DNA of 64,000 nucleotides from Allosphingosinicella sp. Its GTDB lineage: Bacteria; Pseudomonadota; Alphaproteobacteria; Sphingomonadales; Sphingomonadaceae. Where the stretch lies: positions 9,272-73,271 of the forward strand of contig DATHJO010000015.1 of NCBI GenBank assembly GCA_035316145.1, read 5' to 3'. Position 1 is the first letter of the stretch; each line of letters begins with the position of its first letter. The notes under the pieces were generated by a model. That model was not told the DNA's origin. It was given only the letters and a program-made list of their open reading frames with translations, and did not search any database. Position numbers and translations under genes: made by a program. Of this stretch, positions 55,496 to 64,000 are shown in pieces.

Positions 55496-56359
55496 CTAGC
55501 GGCTCCAGCGCGCGAAGATCGCGGTCGGCAGCAGCAGGCCGCGCGCCTCTTCGCGCACCGCCATCTCGCCGCATTCGACGCTGCCGCCGAGATCGGCGAG
55601 CGCCTGAGTGAGCAGTTCGCCGATCGCCAGCGCCGACATCCGCACCGCATAGACGGTGAGGACGAGGAAGCGGCTGTCGGCGTCGAGCAATTTGCGGCAA
55701 TCGGCGATCAGGCCGGGCAGGCCCTCTTCGAGCCGCCAGATCTCGCCGGCCGGGCCGCGGCCGAATTTGGGCGGATCGAGGATGATGCCGTCGTAGCGCC
55801 GCCCGCGCCGCACCTCGCGCGCGGCGAACTTGGCGGCGTCGTCGACCAGCCAGCGGATCGGCAGATCCGCCATGCCCGAGAGCGCGGCATTGGCCTTCGC
55901 CGCCTCGACCGATTTCTTCGAGGCGTCGACATGAGTGAGCCGCGCGCCTTTGGCCGCCAGCGCCAGCGTGCCGACGCCGGTATAGCCGAACAGGTTGAGC
56001 GCCTCGCTGCCCGGTCCGAGCCGGTCGCGCATCCACGCCCATTGCGGCGCCATGTCGGGGAAGAAAGCGAGGTGACGGAACGGCGTCGCCTGGGCGCGGA
56101 AGCGCACCTCCTCCCAGGAGAGGTCCCAGCCCTCGCGAGGGACCGGCCGGGCGAACTGCCAGCGGCCGCCGCCCTCCTCGTCCGAGCCGGGGATGAATTC
56201 GCCGTCGGCGTCCCAATCGGCCGCGGCCGGCGCCCACATCGCCTGCGGCTCGGGGCGGACGAAGCGATAGGGGCCGTAGCGCTCGAGCTTGCGGCCCTGG
56301 CCCGAATCGACGAGCCCGTAATCGGCCCAGGGCTCGGCGACGAGCGTGGCGAGGCTCAT
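55496..56359 (-). CDS. Class I SAM-dependent (RlmI/RlmK-like) methyltransferase
   Basis: 287 aa: VLNLFGYTGVGTLALA...IILDPPKFG. Confidence 0.8.
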   Translation of the reverse strand: MSLATLVAEPWADYGLVDSGQGRKLERYGPYRFVRPEPQAMWAPAAADWDADGEFIPGSDEEGGGRWQFARPVPREGWDLSWEEVRFRAQATPFRHLAFFPDMAPQWAWMRDRLGPGSEALNLFGYTGVGTLALAAKGARLTHVDASKKSVEAAKANAALSGMADLPIRWLVDDAAKFAAREVRRGRRYDGIILDPPKFGRGPAGEIWRLEEGLPGLIADCRKLLDADSRFLVLTVYAVRMSALAIGELLTQALADLGGSVECGEMAVREEARGLLLPTAIFARWSR

Positions 56360-57582
56360 GCCGCCTTGGCGAGCTTGCCGCCGACGCTGGCGACGGCGCG
56401 GGGCCCGGCGAGCATCCTGGCGCCCGCCGCCCTGACCTCGGCGAGGGTCACCGCGTCGAGCCGGGCGACGATCTCGGCGGGCTCGACCAGCCGCCCTTCG
56501 CGCAGCAGCCGCGCCGCGACGTAGCTCGCCTGGCCCCAGCAGCTTTCGAGGCTCATCATCATCCCCGCCTTGGCCAGCGCGCGGGCGCGGGCGAGCTCGC
56601 CGGCGGTCAGCCCGGCCGCGATTTCCGCGAGCACGCGTTCGGCTTCCTCATGCGCCCAGTTGAGCTGGCCGCTCGCGGTGGCGAGATAGACCCAGAACAG
56701 CCCGGAGTCGCTGAAGCTCTGCGCCGCCGCGGAAACGGTGTAGGCGAGCCCCTGCTCCTCGCGCAGCACCTGGAACAGCCGCGACGAGGCGCCGGTGCCG
56801 GCGACATCGGCGAAGAGCTGGGCCGCATAAGCGTCGGCATCGTTCCAGGCCGGCGCCGGCATCGCGAAGGCGAGGTGCGCCTGGGTGCCCTTGCGCCGCT
56901 CGGCGCGGCGGCCGCCGACGAAGCGGCTCCGCTCGGCCGGCGCCGGGGCGCGCGGGCTCATGTCGCCGAACGCGGCCTCGGCGAGGTCGACGAGCCGATC
57001 ATGCTCGAGCTTGCCCGCCGCGACCAGCATCAGCCGCCCGGGCGCATAATGGTCGTCGCGCCAGGCGTGAAGGTCGTCGACGGTGACGTCGGCGACGCTC
57101 GCTTCGCTGCCGAGCACCGAGCGGCCCATCGCCTGGCCCGGGAAGGCGGTCTCCTGGAGGTGGTCGAACACCACGTCGCCGCCGATGTCGCGCGCCTCCC
57201 ACAGCTCCTGGATCACCACCTTCTTCTCGAGCTCGAGATGCTTCGCCTCGAAATGGGGGCGGCGGACGAGATCGGCGATCAGCCCGACGCCGAGCGGCAG
57301 GTCCGGCGCCAGCAGGCTGGCGTAGAAAGCGGTGAGCTCGCGGTCGGTCGAGGCGTTGAGGTCGCCGCCGACATCCTCGACCGCCTCGCTGATCTCGCGC
57401 GCCGAACGGCCGCCCGCGCCCTTGAACACCATATGCTCGAAGAGGTGGGCGAGGCCGTTGACCCGAGCCGCCTCGTGGCGCGAGCCGGTCTCGGCATAGA
57501 GGCCGACCGCCACCGTTTCGACGCTCTGCATCGGCCGGCTCGCGACCCTGAGGCCGTTCGAAAGAATGGTGAGCTTCATCAT
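56356..57582 (-). CDS. M16-family zinc metallopeptidase (pitrilysin/MPP-like)
   Basis: 408 aa with GLAHLFEHMVFKG (HxxEH). Stop overlaps the downstream methyltransferase start. Confidence 0.9.
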   Translation of the reverse strand: MMKLTILSNGLRVASRPMQSVETVAVGLYAETGSRHEAARVNGLAHLFEHMVFKGAGGRSAREISEAVEDVGGDLNASTDRELTAFYASLLAPDLPLGVGLIADLVRRPHFEAKHLELEKKVVIQELWEARDIGGDVVFDHLQETAFPGQAMGRSVLGSEASVADVTVDDLHAWRDDHYAPGRLMLVAAGKLEHDRLVDLAEAAFGDMSPRAPAPAERSRFVGGRRAERRKGTQAHLAFAMPAPAWNDADAYAAQLFADVAGTGASSRLFQVLREEQGLAYTVSAAAQSFSDSGLFWVYLATASGQLNWAHEEAERVLAEIAAGLTAGELARARALAKAGMMMSLESCWGQASYVAARLLREGRLVEPAEIVARLDAVTLAEVRAAGARMLAGPRAVASVGGKLAKAA

Positions 57583-57603
57583 GGGAGCGCCGGATTTAGG
57601 GCC

Positions 57604-58224
57604 TCAGGGCTCCGGCGGCAAATTTCGCCGCCTGCGCCCTCTCAACGCCAGCACGTAGATCACCAAAGCGGCCGCGGCGAAGAAGAACCACTGGAGCGCG
57701 TAGAAACGGTGGTTGTTCGGGATGGTCTCGAGGCTCGGCGCCCGGCTCGGCGCGAGCGGCGGCGCGGCGGTGGCGGCGGTCAGCGTCACCGGCCCGTCCT
57801 CGCCGACCGCGCCGAGCCGCCCGGCGATAAGGCCGTCCAGCGACAGCCGCCGCACCGCATCGGGCCGGGACGCCCAACCGGCATTGACCCGGATTCGCCC
57901 GGCGAGGCCCGCCGCATCGGGGCGGCAGGGGACGTAATAGGCCTGGCCGGGCACGTCGGCGGCGCTGCGACCGGCGCGAACCTCGGGAGCGACATCGTCG
58001 GCCCGGCAGGTGACGAGCGCGCGGCGGAAGGAAAGCGGCGGCAATGGCCCGCGGCCGTCGAGCAACGGGTCGAGATCGACCGCCGGCATCGCGGCGGCGA
58101 CCGCATATTGGGCGAGCAGCGCCTCTTTCCATCGCGCCCGCTGCAGCTGCCAGATACCGAGCGCGATCATCGCCGCCGCCGCCAGCGCGACCACCAGGGT
58201 CGGGACGAGGGGAAGGCGCCTCAT
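57604..58224 (-). CDS. SURF1-family cytochrome oxidase assembly protein
   Basis: Internal ATG MRRLPLVPTLVVALAAAAMIALGIWQLQR...NHRFYALQWFFFA. Confidence 0.85.
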   Translation of the reverse strand: MRRLPLVPTLVVALAAAAMIALGIWQLQRARWKEALLAQYAVAAAMPAVDLDPLLDGRGPLPPLSFRRALVTCRADDVAPEVRAGRSAADVPGQAYYVPCRPDAAGLAGRIRVNAGWASRPDAVRRLSLDGLIAGRLGAVGEDGPVTLTAATAAPPLAPSRAPSLETIPNNHRFYALQWFFFAAAALVIYVLALRGRRRRNLPPEP

Positions 58225-58589
58225 TCGATCCGCCCCTCGCGGGCGCGATGCTTGTATTCGAGCGCAAGCAGCAGCCCCTTGGCGATGCGGAGCAGGCCGA
58301 TAGTGAGAATCGCGGTCAGCGGCACCCAGAGCAAAGCGTGCACCCACCAGGGCGGCTCGACGCCGAGCTCGAGCGCGATGGCGAGCGCGACCACGATCGC
58401 GCCGACGATGAAGATCAGGAAGGCCGCCGGCCCGTCGCCGACGTTGAAGCTGGCGAAATCGAGCCCGCAGGCGCGGCAGCGCGGGGCGAAGGTGGCGAGG
58501 CCGGCGAACAGAGTCCTGGCGCCGCAGCGGGGGCAGAGCCCCTTGAGAGCGGCCGTGGCGGGCGCCGGCGGCGTCAGCGCATCAATGAT
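58221..58589 (-). CDS. DUF983-family zinc-ribbon membrane protein
   Basis: ...LKGLCPRCGARTLFAGLATFAPRCRACGLDF... plus 2 TM segments. No canonical start codon between the ctaE stop and the CPRCG motif, so the start is uncertain. Confidence 0.6.
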   Translation of the reverse strand: MIDALTPPAPATAALKGLCPRCGARTLFAGLATFAPRCRACGLDFASFNVGDGPAAFLIFIVGAIVVALAIALELGVEPPWWVHALLWVPLTAILTIGLLRIAKGLLLALEYKHRAREGRIE

Positions 58590-59397
58590 ATTCGGCGCCC
58601 CAGCCGCCCCAGACGTAGATGCACAGGAACAGGAACAGCCAGACGACGTCGACGAAATGCCAGTACCAGGCCGCCGCCTCGAAGCCGAAATGCTGCCTCG
58701 GGCTGAAGTGGCCCTTATACGCCCGGGCCAGGCAGACGATGAGGAAGATGGTGCCGACGATGACGTGGAAGCCGTGGAAGCCGGTCGCCATGAAGAAGGC
58801 CGAGGTGTAGATATTGTCTTTGAAGCCGAACGGCGCGTGCCAATATTCATAGCCCTGGATGAAGGTGAACGTGAGGCCGAGCGCGATCGTGCACCACAGC
58901 CCCTTGATCAGCCCGTCGCGATGACCGTTGATCAGCGCGTGATGCGCCCAGGTGACGGTGCAGCCCGAGCAGAGCAGGATCATCGTGTTGAGCAGTGGAA
59001 AGCCGAACGGGTCCATCACATGCATATGCGCCGGCGGCCAGACCCCGCCGACCGCCTCGACGCTCGACGGGAACAGCGAGGCGTCGAACCAGGCCCAGAA
59101 CCAGGCGACGAAGAACATCACCTCCGAGGCGATGAACAGGATCATGCCGTAGCGCAGGTGCAGCTGGACGATCGGCGTATGGTCGCCGCCATGGGCCTCG
59201 CGGACGACGTCGACCCACCAGCTGAACATCGTCGCGAAAATGCCGATCACGCCGGCGCCGATGATGTAGCCGCCATAAGGCAGCTCGTGCATCCAGCGCA
59301 CCATGCCGGCGAAGAAGGTCAGCGCCGAGATCGCCCCGATCAGCGGCCAGATGCTCGGGTTGACGATATGATATTGGTGGGTCTTCGCTCCGGCCAT
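58582..59397 (-). CDS. ctaE: Cytochrome c oxidase subunit III
   Basis: 271 aa: HQYHIVNPSIWP...GFHGFHVIVGT...WYWHFVDVVWLFLF. Confidence 0.95.
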   Translation of the reverse strand: MAGAKTHQYHIVNPSIWPLIGAISALTFFAGMVRWMHELPYGGYIIGAGVIGIFATMFSWWVDVVREAHGGDHTPIVQLHLRYGMILFIASEVMFFVAWFWAWFDASLFPSSVEAVGGVWPPAHMHVMDPFGFPLLNTMILLCSGCTVTWAHHALINGHRDGLIKGLWCTIALGLTFTFIQGYEYWHAPFGFKDNIYTSAFFMATGFHGFHVIVGTIFLIVCLARAYKGHFSPRQHFGFEAAAWYWHFVDVVWLFLFLCIYVWGGWGAEYH

Positions 59398-59430
59398 GGT
59401 CAGTCCGTTCCTCCGTCTCGCACTGGGTCT

Positions 59431-59970
59431 CTAACTTCCCGTCGTCGCCCGGTCCACCGGGTAAAAGGTGTAGGAGAGGGTGATCTCGCTGATGTTGCGC
59501 GTGTCGGGGTCGTTCAGGATTGCCGGGTCGACGAAGAACACCACCGGCATCTGCACCTCCTGCCCCGGCGACAGCCTTTGCTCGGTGAAGCAGAAGCACT
59601 GGATCTTGGTGAAATATTGGCCGGCCTGGGCGGGGGTGACGTTGAAGGTTGCGGTGCCGGTGACCGGATGGTCGGAAAGGTTGCGGGCGGTGAACAAGGC
59701 GATGTTGCGGGCGCCGATCGCGACCTCGCGGTGGGTATCGACCGGCGCGAACCGCCAGGGCAGGGCGGAGGAAGTGTTGGCGTCGAAGCGGACCGAGATC
59801 ATATGGCCGGCATCGCCCGGCGCCCGGGCGGCCTCATCGCGCCGCGGCGTGCCGGCGAAGCCGGTCGCCTGACAGAACATCCGGTAGAGCGGCACGCTCG
59901 CATAAGCGAGGCCGACCATCCCGAAGACGAGGACGACGGCGAGCAAAGCGGTGCGGGCGTTGCGGCTCAT
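59431..59970 (-). CDS. ctaG: Cytochrome c oxidase assembly protein CtaG/Cox11
   Basis: 179 aa: ...YRMFCQATGFAGT...KIQCFCF. Confidence 0.9.
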   Translation of the reverse strand: MSRNARTALLAVVLVFGMVGLAYASVPLYRMFCQATGFAGTPRRDEAARAPGDAGHMISVRFDANTSSALPWRFAPVDTHREVAIGARNIALFTARNLSDHPVTGTATFNVTPAQAGQYFTKIQCFCFTEQRLSPGQEVQMPVVFFVDPAILNDPDTRNISEITLSYTFYPVDRATTGS

Positions 59971-60095
59971 GACGAATGGAGGCTCATTTTGGCGACCGTG
60001 ATCGCATAAACGAGGATCACGAACGCGCCGAGCAGCAGCGCCATGATGATTGCCCGCGCGCGCTGGCGGCGGCGAATCTCGTCCTCGTCGCTCAC
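59967..60095 (-). CDS. Small single-TM protein between ctaB and ctaG (42 aa)
   Basis: Hand-found. GTG overlapping the ctaB stop (GTGA). [42 protein letters not shown]. Its stop overlaps the ctaG start. Confidence 0.5.
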   Translation of the reverse strand: MSDEDEIRRRQRARAIIMALLLGAFVILVYAITVAKMSLHSS

Positions 60096-61003
60096 GCCGG
60101 CAGCCAGCGGTCGGCGACCAGCGCGGCGAAGATCGCGAACAGATAGAGGATCGAATAAGCGAACAGCTGCTTTTCGGGCTTCATCGCTTTGGGCTCGGTC
60201 GCCTTGCTGGCGAGGACGCGCAGCGCGAGGACGAGGAAAGCGAGGCTCAGGCCCACCGCGGCGATGCCGTAAAGCGCGCCCGCGAGGCCGAGCGGCCAGG
60301 GCGCGACCGCCGCCGCCGCCATCGGCAGGGTGTAGAGCAGGATCTGGAGCCGCGTCGCTCTGGCGCCGGCGACCACGGGGAGCATCGGCACCCCGGCCGC
60401 GGCGTAATCCGAGCGGACGAACAGCGACAGCGCCCAAAAATGGGGCGGCGTCCACAGGAAGATCAGCGCGAACAGGATGAGCGGCAGCGCGTCGACGCCG
60501 CCGGTGACGGCCGCCCAGCCGATCAGCGGCGGAAAGGCACCGGCGGCGCCGCCGATGACGATGTTCTGCGGCGTCCGCCGCTTCAGCCAGATCGTGTAGA
60601 CGATGACGTAGAACAGGATCGACAGGCCAAGGATCGCGGCGGCGAGCCAATTGGTCGCGACCCCCATCAGGATCACCGAGAAGCAGGCGAGCCCGACGCC
60701 GAAATGGAGCGCGGTCTGCCGGTCCAGCCGCCCCGCCGGGATCGGCCGGCTTTTGGTGCGCTTCATCAGCGCGTCGAGATCGGCCTCGTACCACATGTTG
60801 AGCGCCGCCGCCGCGCCCGCGCCCAAGGCGATGCACAGGATCGCGGTGAAGCCGAGCACCGGATGGATCGGCTCGGGCGCGACCAGGAGGCCGCAAAGCC
60901 CGGTGAAGACGACGAGCGTCATCACCCTGGGCTTGGTCAGCGCCAAGAGGTCCCGCCAGTCGGCGGGGAGGGCGGGGGTCTCGTCGAACGTCGTCGTCGT
61001 CAT
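60092..61003 (-). CDS. ctaB: Protoheme IX farnesyltransferase (heme O synthase)
   Basis: Internal [31 protein letters not shown]...UbiA-family TM pattern. Confidence 0.9.
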   Translation of the reverse strand: MTTTTFDETPALPADWRDLLALTKPRVMTLVVFTGLCGLLVAPEPIHPVLGFTAILCIALGAGAAAALNMWYEADLDALMKRTKSRPIPAGRLDRQTALHFGVGLACFSVILMGVATNWLAAAILGLSILFYVIVYTIWLKRRTPQNIVIGGAAGAFPPLIGWAAVTGGVDALPLILFALIFLWTPPHFWALSLFVRSDYAAAGVPMLPVVAGARATRLQILLYTLPMAAAAVAPWPLGLAGALYGIAAVGLSLAFLVLALRVLASKATEPKAMKPEKQLFAYSILYLFAIFAALVADRWLPA

Positions 61004-61041
61004 GGCTGCACGCCTCCCCCGCCGCGCGGCGGGGAAGGCCC

Positions 61042-62733
61042 TCAATCGACCCTGGGCAGGGTCTCGAACTGGTGGAAGGGCGGCGGGCTCGACAAGGTCC
61101 ATTCGAGCGTCGTCGCGCCTTCGCCCCACGGGTTGGCAGGCGCCTTCTTGCCGGCCGCCAGCGACCAGATGATGTTGAGGAAGAAGAAGCCCATCCCCAC
61201 CGCCATCAGCACGTAGCCGTAGGTGGCGACATTGTTCCAGTGCGCGAACGCATCGGCATAGTCCGGCACGCGCCGCTGCATCCCCTCGGCGCCGAGGAAG
61301 TGCATCGGGAAGAACAGGATGTTGACGCCGATGAAGAAGGTCCAGAAATGCGCCTGGCCGAGCAGCTCGTTATAGCTCTTCCCCCACATCTTGCCGAACC
61401 AGTAATACCAGCCCGCGAACAGCGAGAAGACCGCGCCGAGCGACAGCACGTAGTGGAAGTGGGCGACGACGTAATAGGTGTCCTGGAAGGTCGTATCGAC
61501 GCCCGCATTGGCGAGGACGACGCCGGTGACGCCGCCGACCGTGAACATGAAGATGAAGCCCAAAGCCCACAGCATCGGCGTCTGGAAGGTGAGGCTGCCG
61601 CCCCACATGGTCGCGATCCAGGAGAAGATCTTGATGCCGGTCGGCACCGCGATCACCATCGTCGCCGCGGTGAAGTACATCTTGGTGTTCACGTCCATCC
61701 CGACCGTGAACATGTGGTGCGCCCAGACGACGAAGCCGATCACGCCGATCGCGACCATCGCATAGGCCATGCCGAGATAGCCGAAGATCGGCTTGCGGCT
61801 GAAGGTCGCGATCACCTGGCTGACCATGCCGAAGCCCGGCAGGATCATGATGTAGACCTCGGGGTGGCCGAAGAACCAGAACAGATGCTGGTAGAGGATC
61901 GGGTCGCCGCCGCCGGGCGCGTCGAAGAAATGGGTGCCGAAATTGCGGTCGGTCAGGAGCATGGTGATTGCGCCTGCGAGCACAGGGAGCGCGAGGAGGA
62001 GCAGGAAGGCGGTGACCAGGATCGACCACACGAACAAGGGCATCTTGTGCAGCGTCATGCCCGGCGCGCGCATGTTGAAGATGGTGGTGATGAAGTTGAT
62101 CGCGCCGAGGATCGATGACGCGCCGGCGAGGTGGAGGGCGAAGATCGCCATGTCGACCGCCGGCCCCGGCGAGCCCGAGGTCGATAAGGGCGCGTAGACC
62201 GTCCAGCCGACGCCAGCGCCCAATCCGCTGCCGCCCGAGACGAACGAGCTGCCGAGCAGCAGGGTGAAGGCCGGCGGCAGCAGCCAGAAGGAGATATTGT
62301 TCATCCGCGGGAAGGCCATGTCGGGCGCGCCGATCATGATCGGCACGAACCAGTTGCCGAAGCCGCCGATCATCGCCGGCATCACCATGAAGAAGACCAT
62401 GATCAGGCCGTGGGCGCTGACCAGCACGTTCCACATGTGCAGCGATTCATCGAAGCTCGGCGCCGACATGCCAAGGAACGAGTGCAGCGCCCCGGCCCAA
62501 GTGCCGAGATACTGGATGCCCGGCTCGGCCAGCTCGGCCCGCATCAGGCCCGATATGGTGCCGCCGATGATGCCGGCGGTGACCGCGAACAGCAGATAGA
62601 GGGTGCCGATATCCTTGTGGTTGGTCGACATGAACCAGCGGACGAAGAAGCCCGGCTTGTGGTCGGCGTCGTGGTGCGCCTCGTGGCCATGGTCGGCCTC
62701 GAAATGGGCGGCGTTTGCAACGGTGTCGGTCAT
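61042..62733 (-). CDS. ctaD: Cytochrome c oxidase subunit I
   Basis: 563 aa: ...[10 protein letters not shown]...HHMF...VAHFHYV. Confidence 0.95.
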   Translation of the reverse strand: MTDTVANAAHFEADHGHEAHHDADHKPGFFVRWFMSTNHKDIGTLYLLFAVTAGIIGGTISGLMRAELAEPGIQYLGTWAGALHSFLGMSAPSFDESLHMWNVLVSAHGLIMVFFMVMPAMIGGFGNWFVPIMIGAPDMAFPRMNNISFWLLPPAFTLLLGSSFVSGGSGLGAGVGWTVYAPLSTSGSPGPAVDMAIFALHLAGASSILGAINFITTIFNMRAPGMTLHKMPLFVWSILVTAFLLLLALPVLAGAITMLLTDRNFGTHFFDAPGGGDPILYQHLFWFFGHPEVYIMILPGFGMVSQVIATFSRKPIFGYLGMAYAMVAIGVIGFVVWAHHMFTVGMDVNTKMYFTAATMVIAVPTGIKIFSWIATMWGGSLTFQTPMLWALGFIFMFTVGGVTGVVLANAGVDTTFQDTYYVVAHFHYVLSLGAVFSLFAGWYYWFGKMWGKSYNELLGQAHFWTFFIGVNILFFPMHFLGAEGMQRRVPDYADAFAHWNNVATYGYVLMAVGMGFFFLNIIWSLAAGKKAPANPWGEGATTLEWTLSSPPPFHQFETLPRVD

Positions 62734-62749
62734 GAGTCTCTCTGCCGCC

Positions 62750-63709
62750 TTATCTGGTCGCGCTTTGGTTGATGGTCGCCGGCGTTGCGGCCGCCGCGGC
62801 CGGTGCCGGAACAGCCGCCGCGGCCGGCGGCGCGCCCGGCAGGTGACCGCCCCTGGAGGCGACCCACTGCCGGAACTGGGCCGGCGTCACGACCTCGACC
62901 GCGATCGGCATATAGCCGTGGCGGGCGCCGCACAGCTCGTAGCAGACGCCGTAGAAGACGCCGGTGCGTTCGGCCTGGAACCAGGTCTCGTTGATCCGCC
63001 CGGGCACCGCGTCCATCTTGACCCAGAAGGCCGGCACGCCCCACGAATGGACGACGTCGTTGGAGGTGACCAGCACCTTTACCACCGCGCCGCGCGGCAC
63101 CACCAGCCGCTCGTCGGCGGCGAGCTGGCGCGGCTCGCCCCGCGCCAGTGCCTGGTCGTCGGGCAGGATGTTCGCATCGAACTGCACGCCCATGTCGGGA
63201 TATTCGTAGGTCCAATACCATTGGTTGCCGGTCACCTTGACGGTGAGGTCGGCGCGCGGCGGGTTGTATTGATGGGCGAGCAGCCGGATCGAGGGCACCG
63301 CGATCGCCACCAGGATCAGCACCGGCAGCAGCGTCCAGACGATTTCGAGCGTGGTGTTGTGGGTGTTGCGCGACGGCGTCGGATGGGCGCCGCGGCGGTA
63401 GAAGACGATGACGATGAGCAGCAACGCCAGCACGACCAGCGAGATCGCGGTGATCAGCGGCATCAGGACGATGTCGTGGAACCAGGCGGCCTCCTCGCCG
63501 ATCGGGCTCACCTGCGGCTGCAGGCCGATCCGCTCGGTCGGCTGGCCGATGCCGGGAGTCGGCGCGGTGCGCGGCGGCGCCGGCACGGACGCCGCGGCCG
63601 GAGCGGCCGCATTGGCGGTCGCCGGCGCGGGCGCCACCGCGGCGCTGGCAGCGGCGGGCGCCATCCCGAAGGCGGCGGCGACGGCGAAAAGCTTCAATAA
63701 GGTCTTCAT
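62750..63709 (-). CDS. ctaC: Cytochrome c oxidase subunit II
   Basis: 319 aa: signal peptide, 2 TM segments, CuA site HSW...[12 protein letters not shown]. Confidence 0.9.
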   Translation of the reverse strand: MKTLLKLFAVAAAFGMAPAAASAAVAPAPATANAAAPAAASVPAPPRTAPTPGIGQPTERIGLQPQVSPIGEEAAWFHDIVLMPLITAISLVVLALLLIVIVFYRRGAHPTPSRNTHNTTLEIVWTLLPVLILVAIAVPSIRLLAHQYNPPRADLTVKVTGNQWYWTYEYPDMGVQFDANILPDDQALARGEPRQLAADERLVVPRGAVVKVLVTSNDVVHSWGVPAFWVKMDAVPGRINETWFQAERTGVFYGVCYELCGARHGYMPIAVEVVTPAQFRQWVASRGGHLPGAPPAAAAVPAPAAAAATPATINQSATR

Positions 63710-63887
63710 CTAGGCCCCTGTGGTCCGCTTGGCTGCGCGGCTGGTTTCGGGCGCCGGGGGGCGCTTGCGCGCGCCTTATAGGCAGGGGATTTGCGTCTCT
63801 CAAGCATGTTCGCCGCGATCCAGAACGCTTGAAGCCGTGCCCCCTGTTCCCTATCGTTCCGGCCTTGCCGCACATTCGGGGAAAGCG

Positions 63888-64000
63888 ATGACGCAAGAAG
63901 AAGTCCTGGCCGAATTCCGCGCCGCCGGCGCGCTGCTCGAGGGCCATTTCATCCTGTCGTCGGGGCTGCGCTCGCCGGTGTTCCTGCAGAAGATGCGGGT
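63888..64000 (+). CDS. pyrE: Orotate phosphoribosyltransferase (5' end only; continues past window)
   Basis: [37 protein letters not shown] is a typical alphaproteobacterial PyrE N-terminus. Not in the ORF track (no stop in window). Confidence 0.7.
   Translation, partial: MTQEEVLAEFRAAGALLEGHFILSSGLRSPVFLQKMR

Overview
High-GC (by eye about 65-70%) chromosomal segment with alphaproteobacterial, probably Sphingomonadaceae-like, gene content (inference from gene content only). Most of it is housekeeping. This includes pncC-nadE, a class I ribonucleotide reductase operon, ccmAB, tRNA-Ser(GGA), the aa3 cytochrome oxidase cluster ctaC-ctaD-ctaB-ctaG-ctaE-SURF1, lldD, a SulP transporter and several PilZ, SnoaL and GFA small proteins. 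Many long ORFs in the six-frame track are antisense or out-of-frame shadows of real genes, which is typical at this GC content. Five things stand out. (1) A sigma-54-wired module: an NtrC-type regulator and kinase sit divergent from a near-consensus -24/-12 promoter that drives an unlisted 28-codon membrane-peptide ORF, then HlyD, an ABC ATPase, a double-FtsX permease and a 76-aa TM protein. (2) An inositol-phosphate synthase / cytidylyltransferase / 2x CDP-alcohol phosphatidyltransferase / GT4 cluster, which predicts a CDP-inositol-dependent inositol (glyco)lipid or solute pathway. (3) A lower-GC islet inserted directly after nrdB. It carries a 2-TM protein plus a 91-aa protein of unknown function, an XRE regulator, and an MT-A70 methyltransferase with a BglII/BamHI-fold endonuclease. 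(4) A second lower-GC islet with a tailspike-like beta-helix protein, acetyl- and formyl-transferases, a frameshifted gene and a truncated alcohol dehydrogenase remnant. (5) A family of composite GGGGAGGGG-type palindromic (REP/MITE-like) elements, two of them inserted between co-transcribed genes. No rRNA, CRISPR array, transposase or integrase was seen. Coordinates of internally re-assigned starts are derived arithmetically from the ORF track. Hand-counted small motifs may be off by 1 nt.
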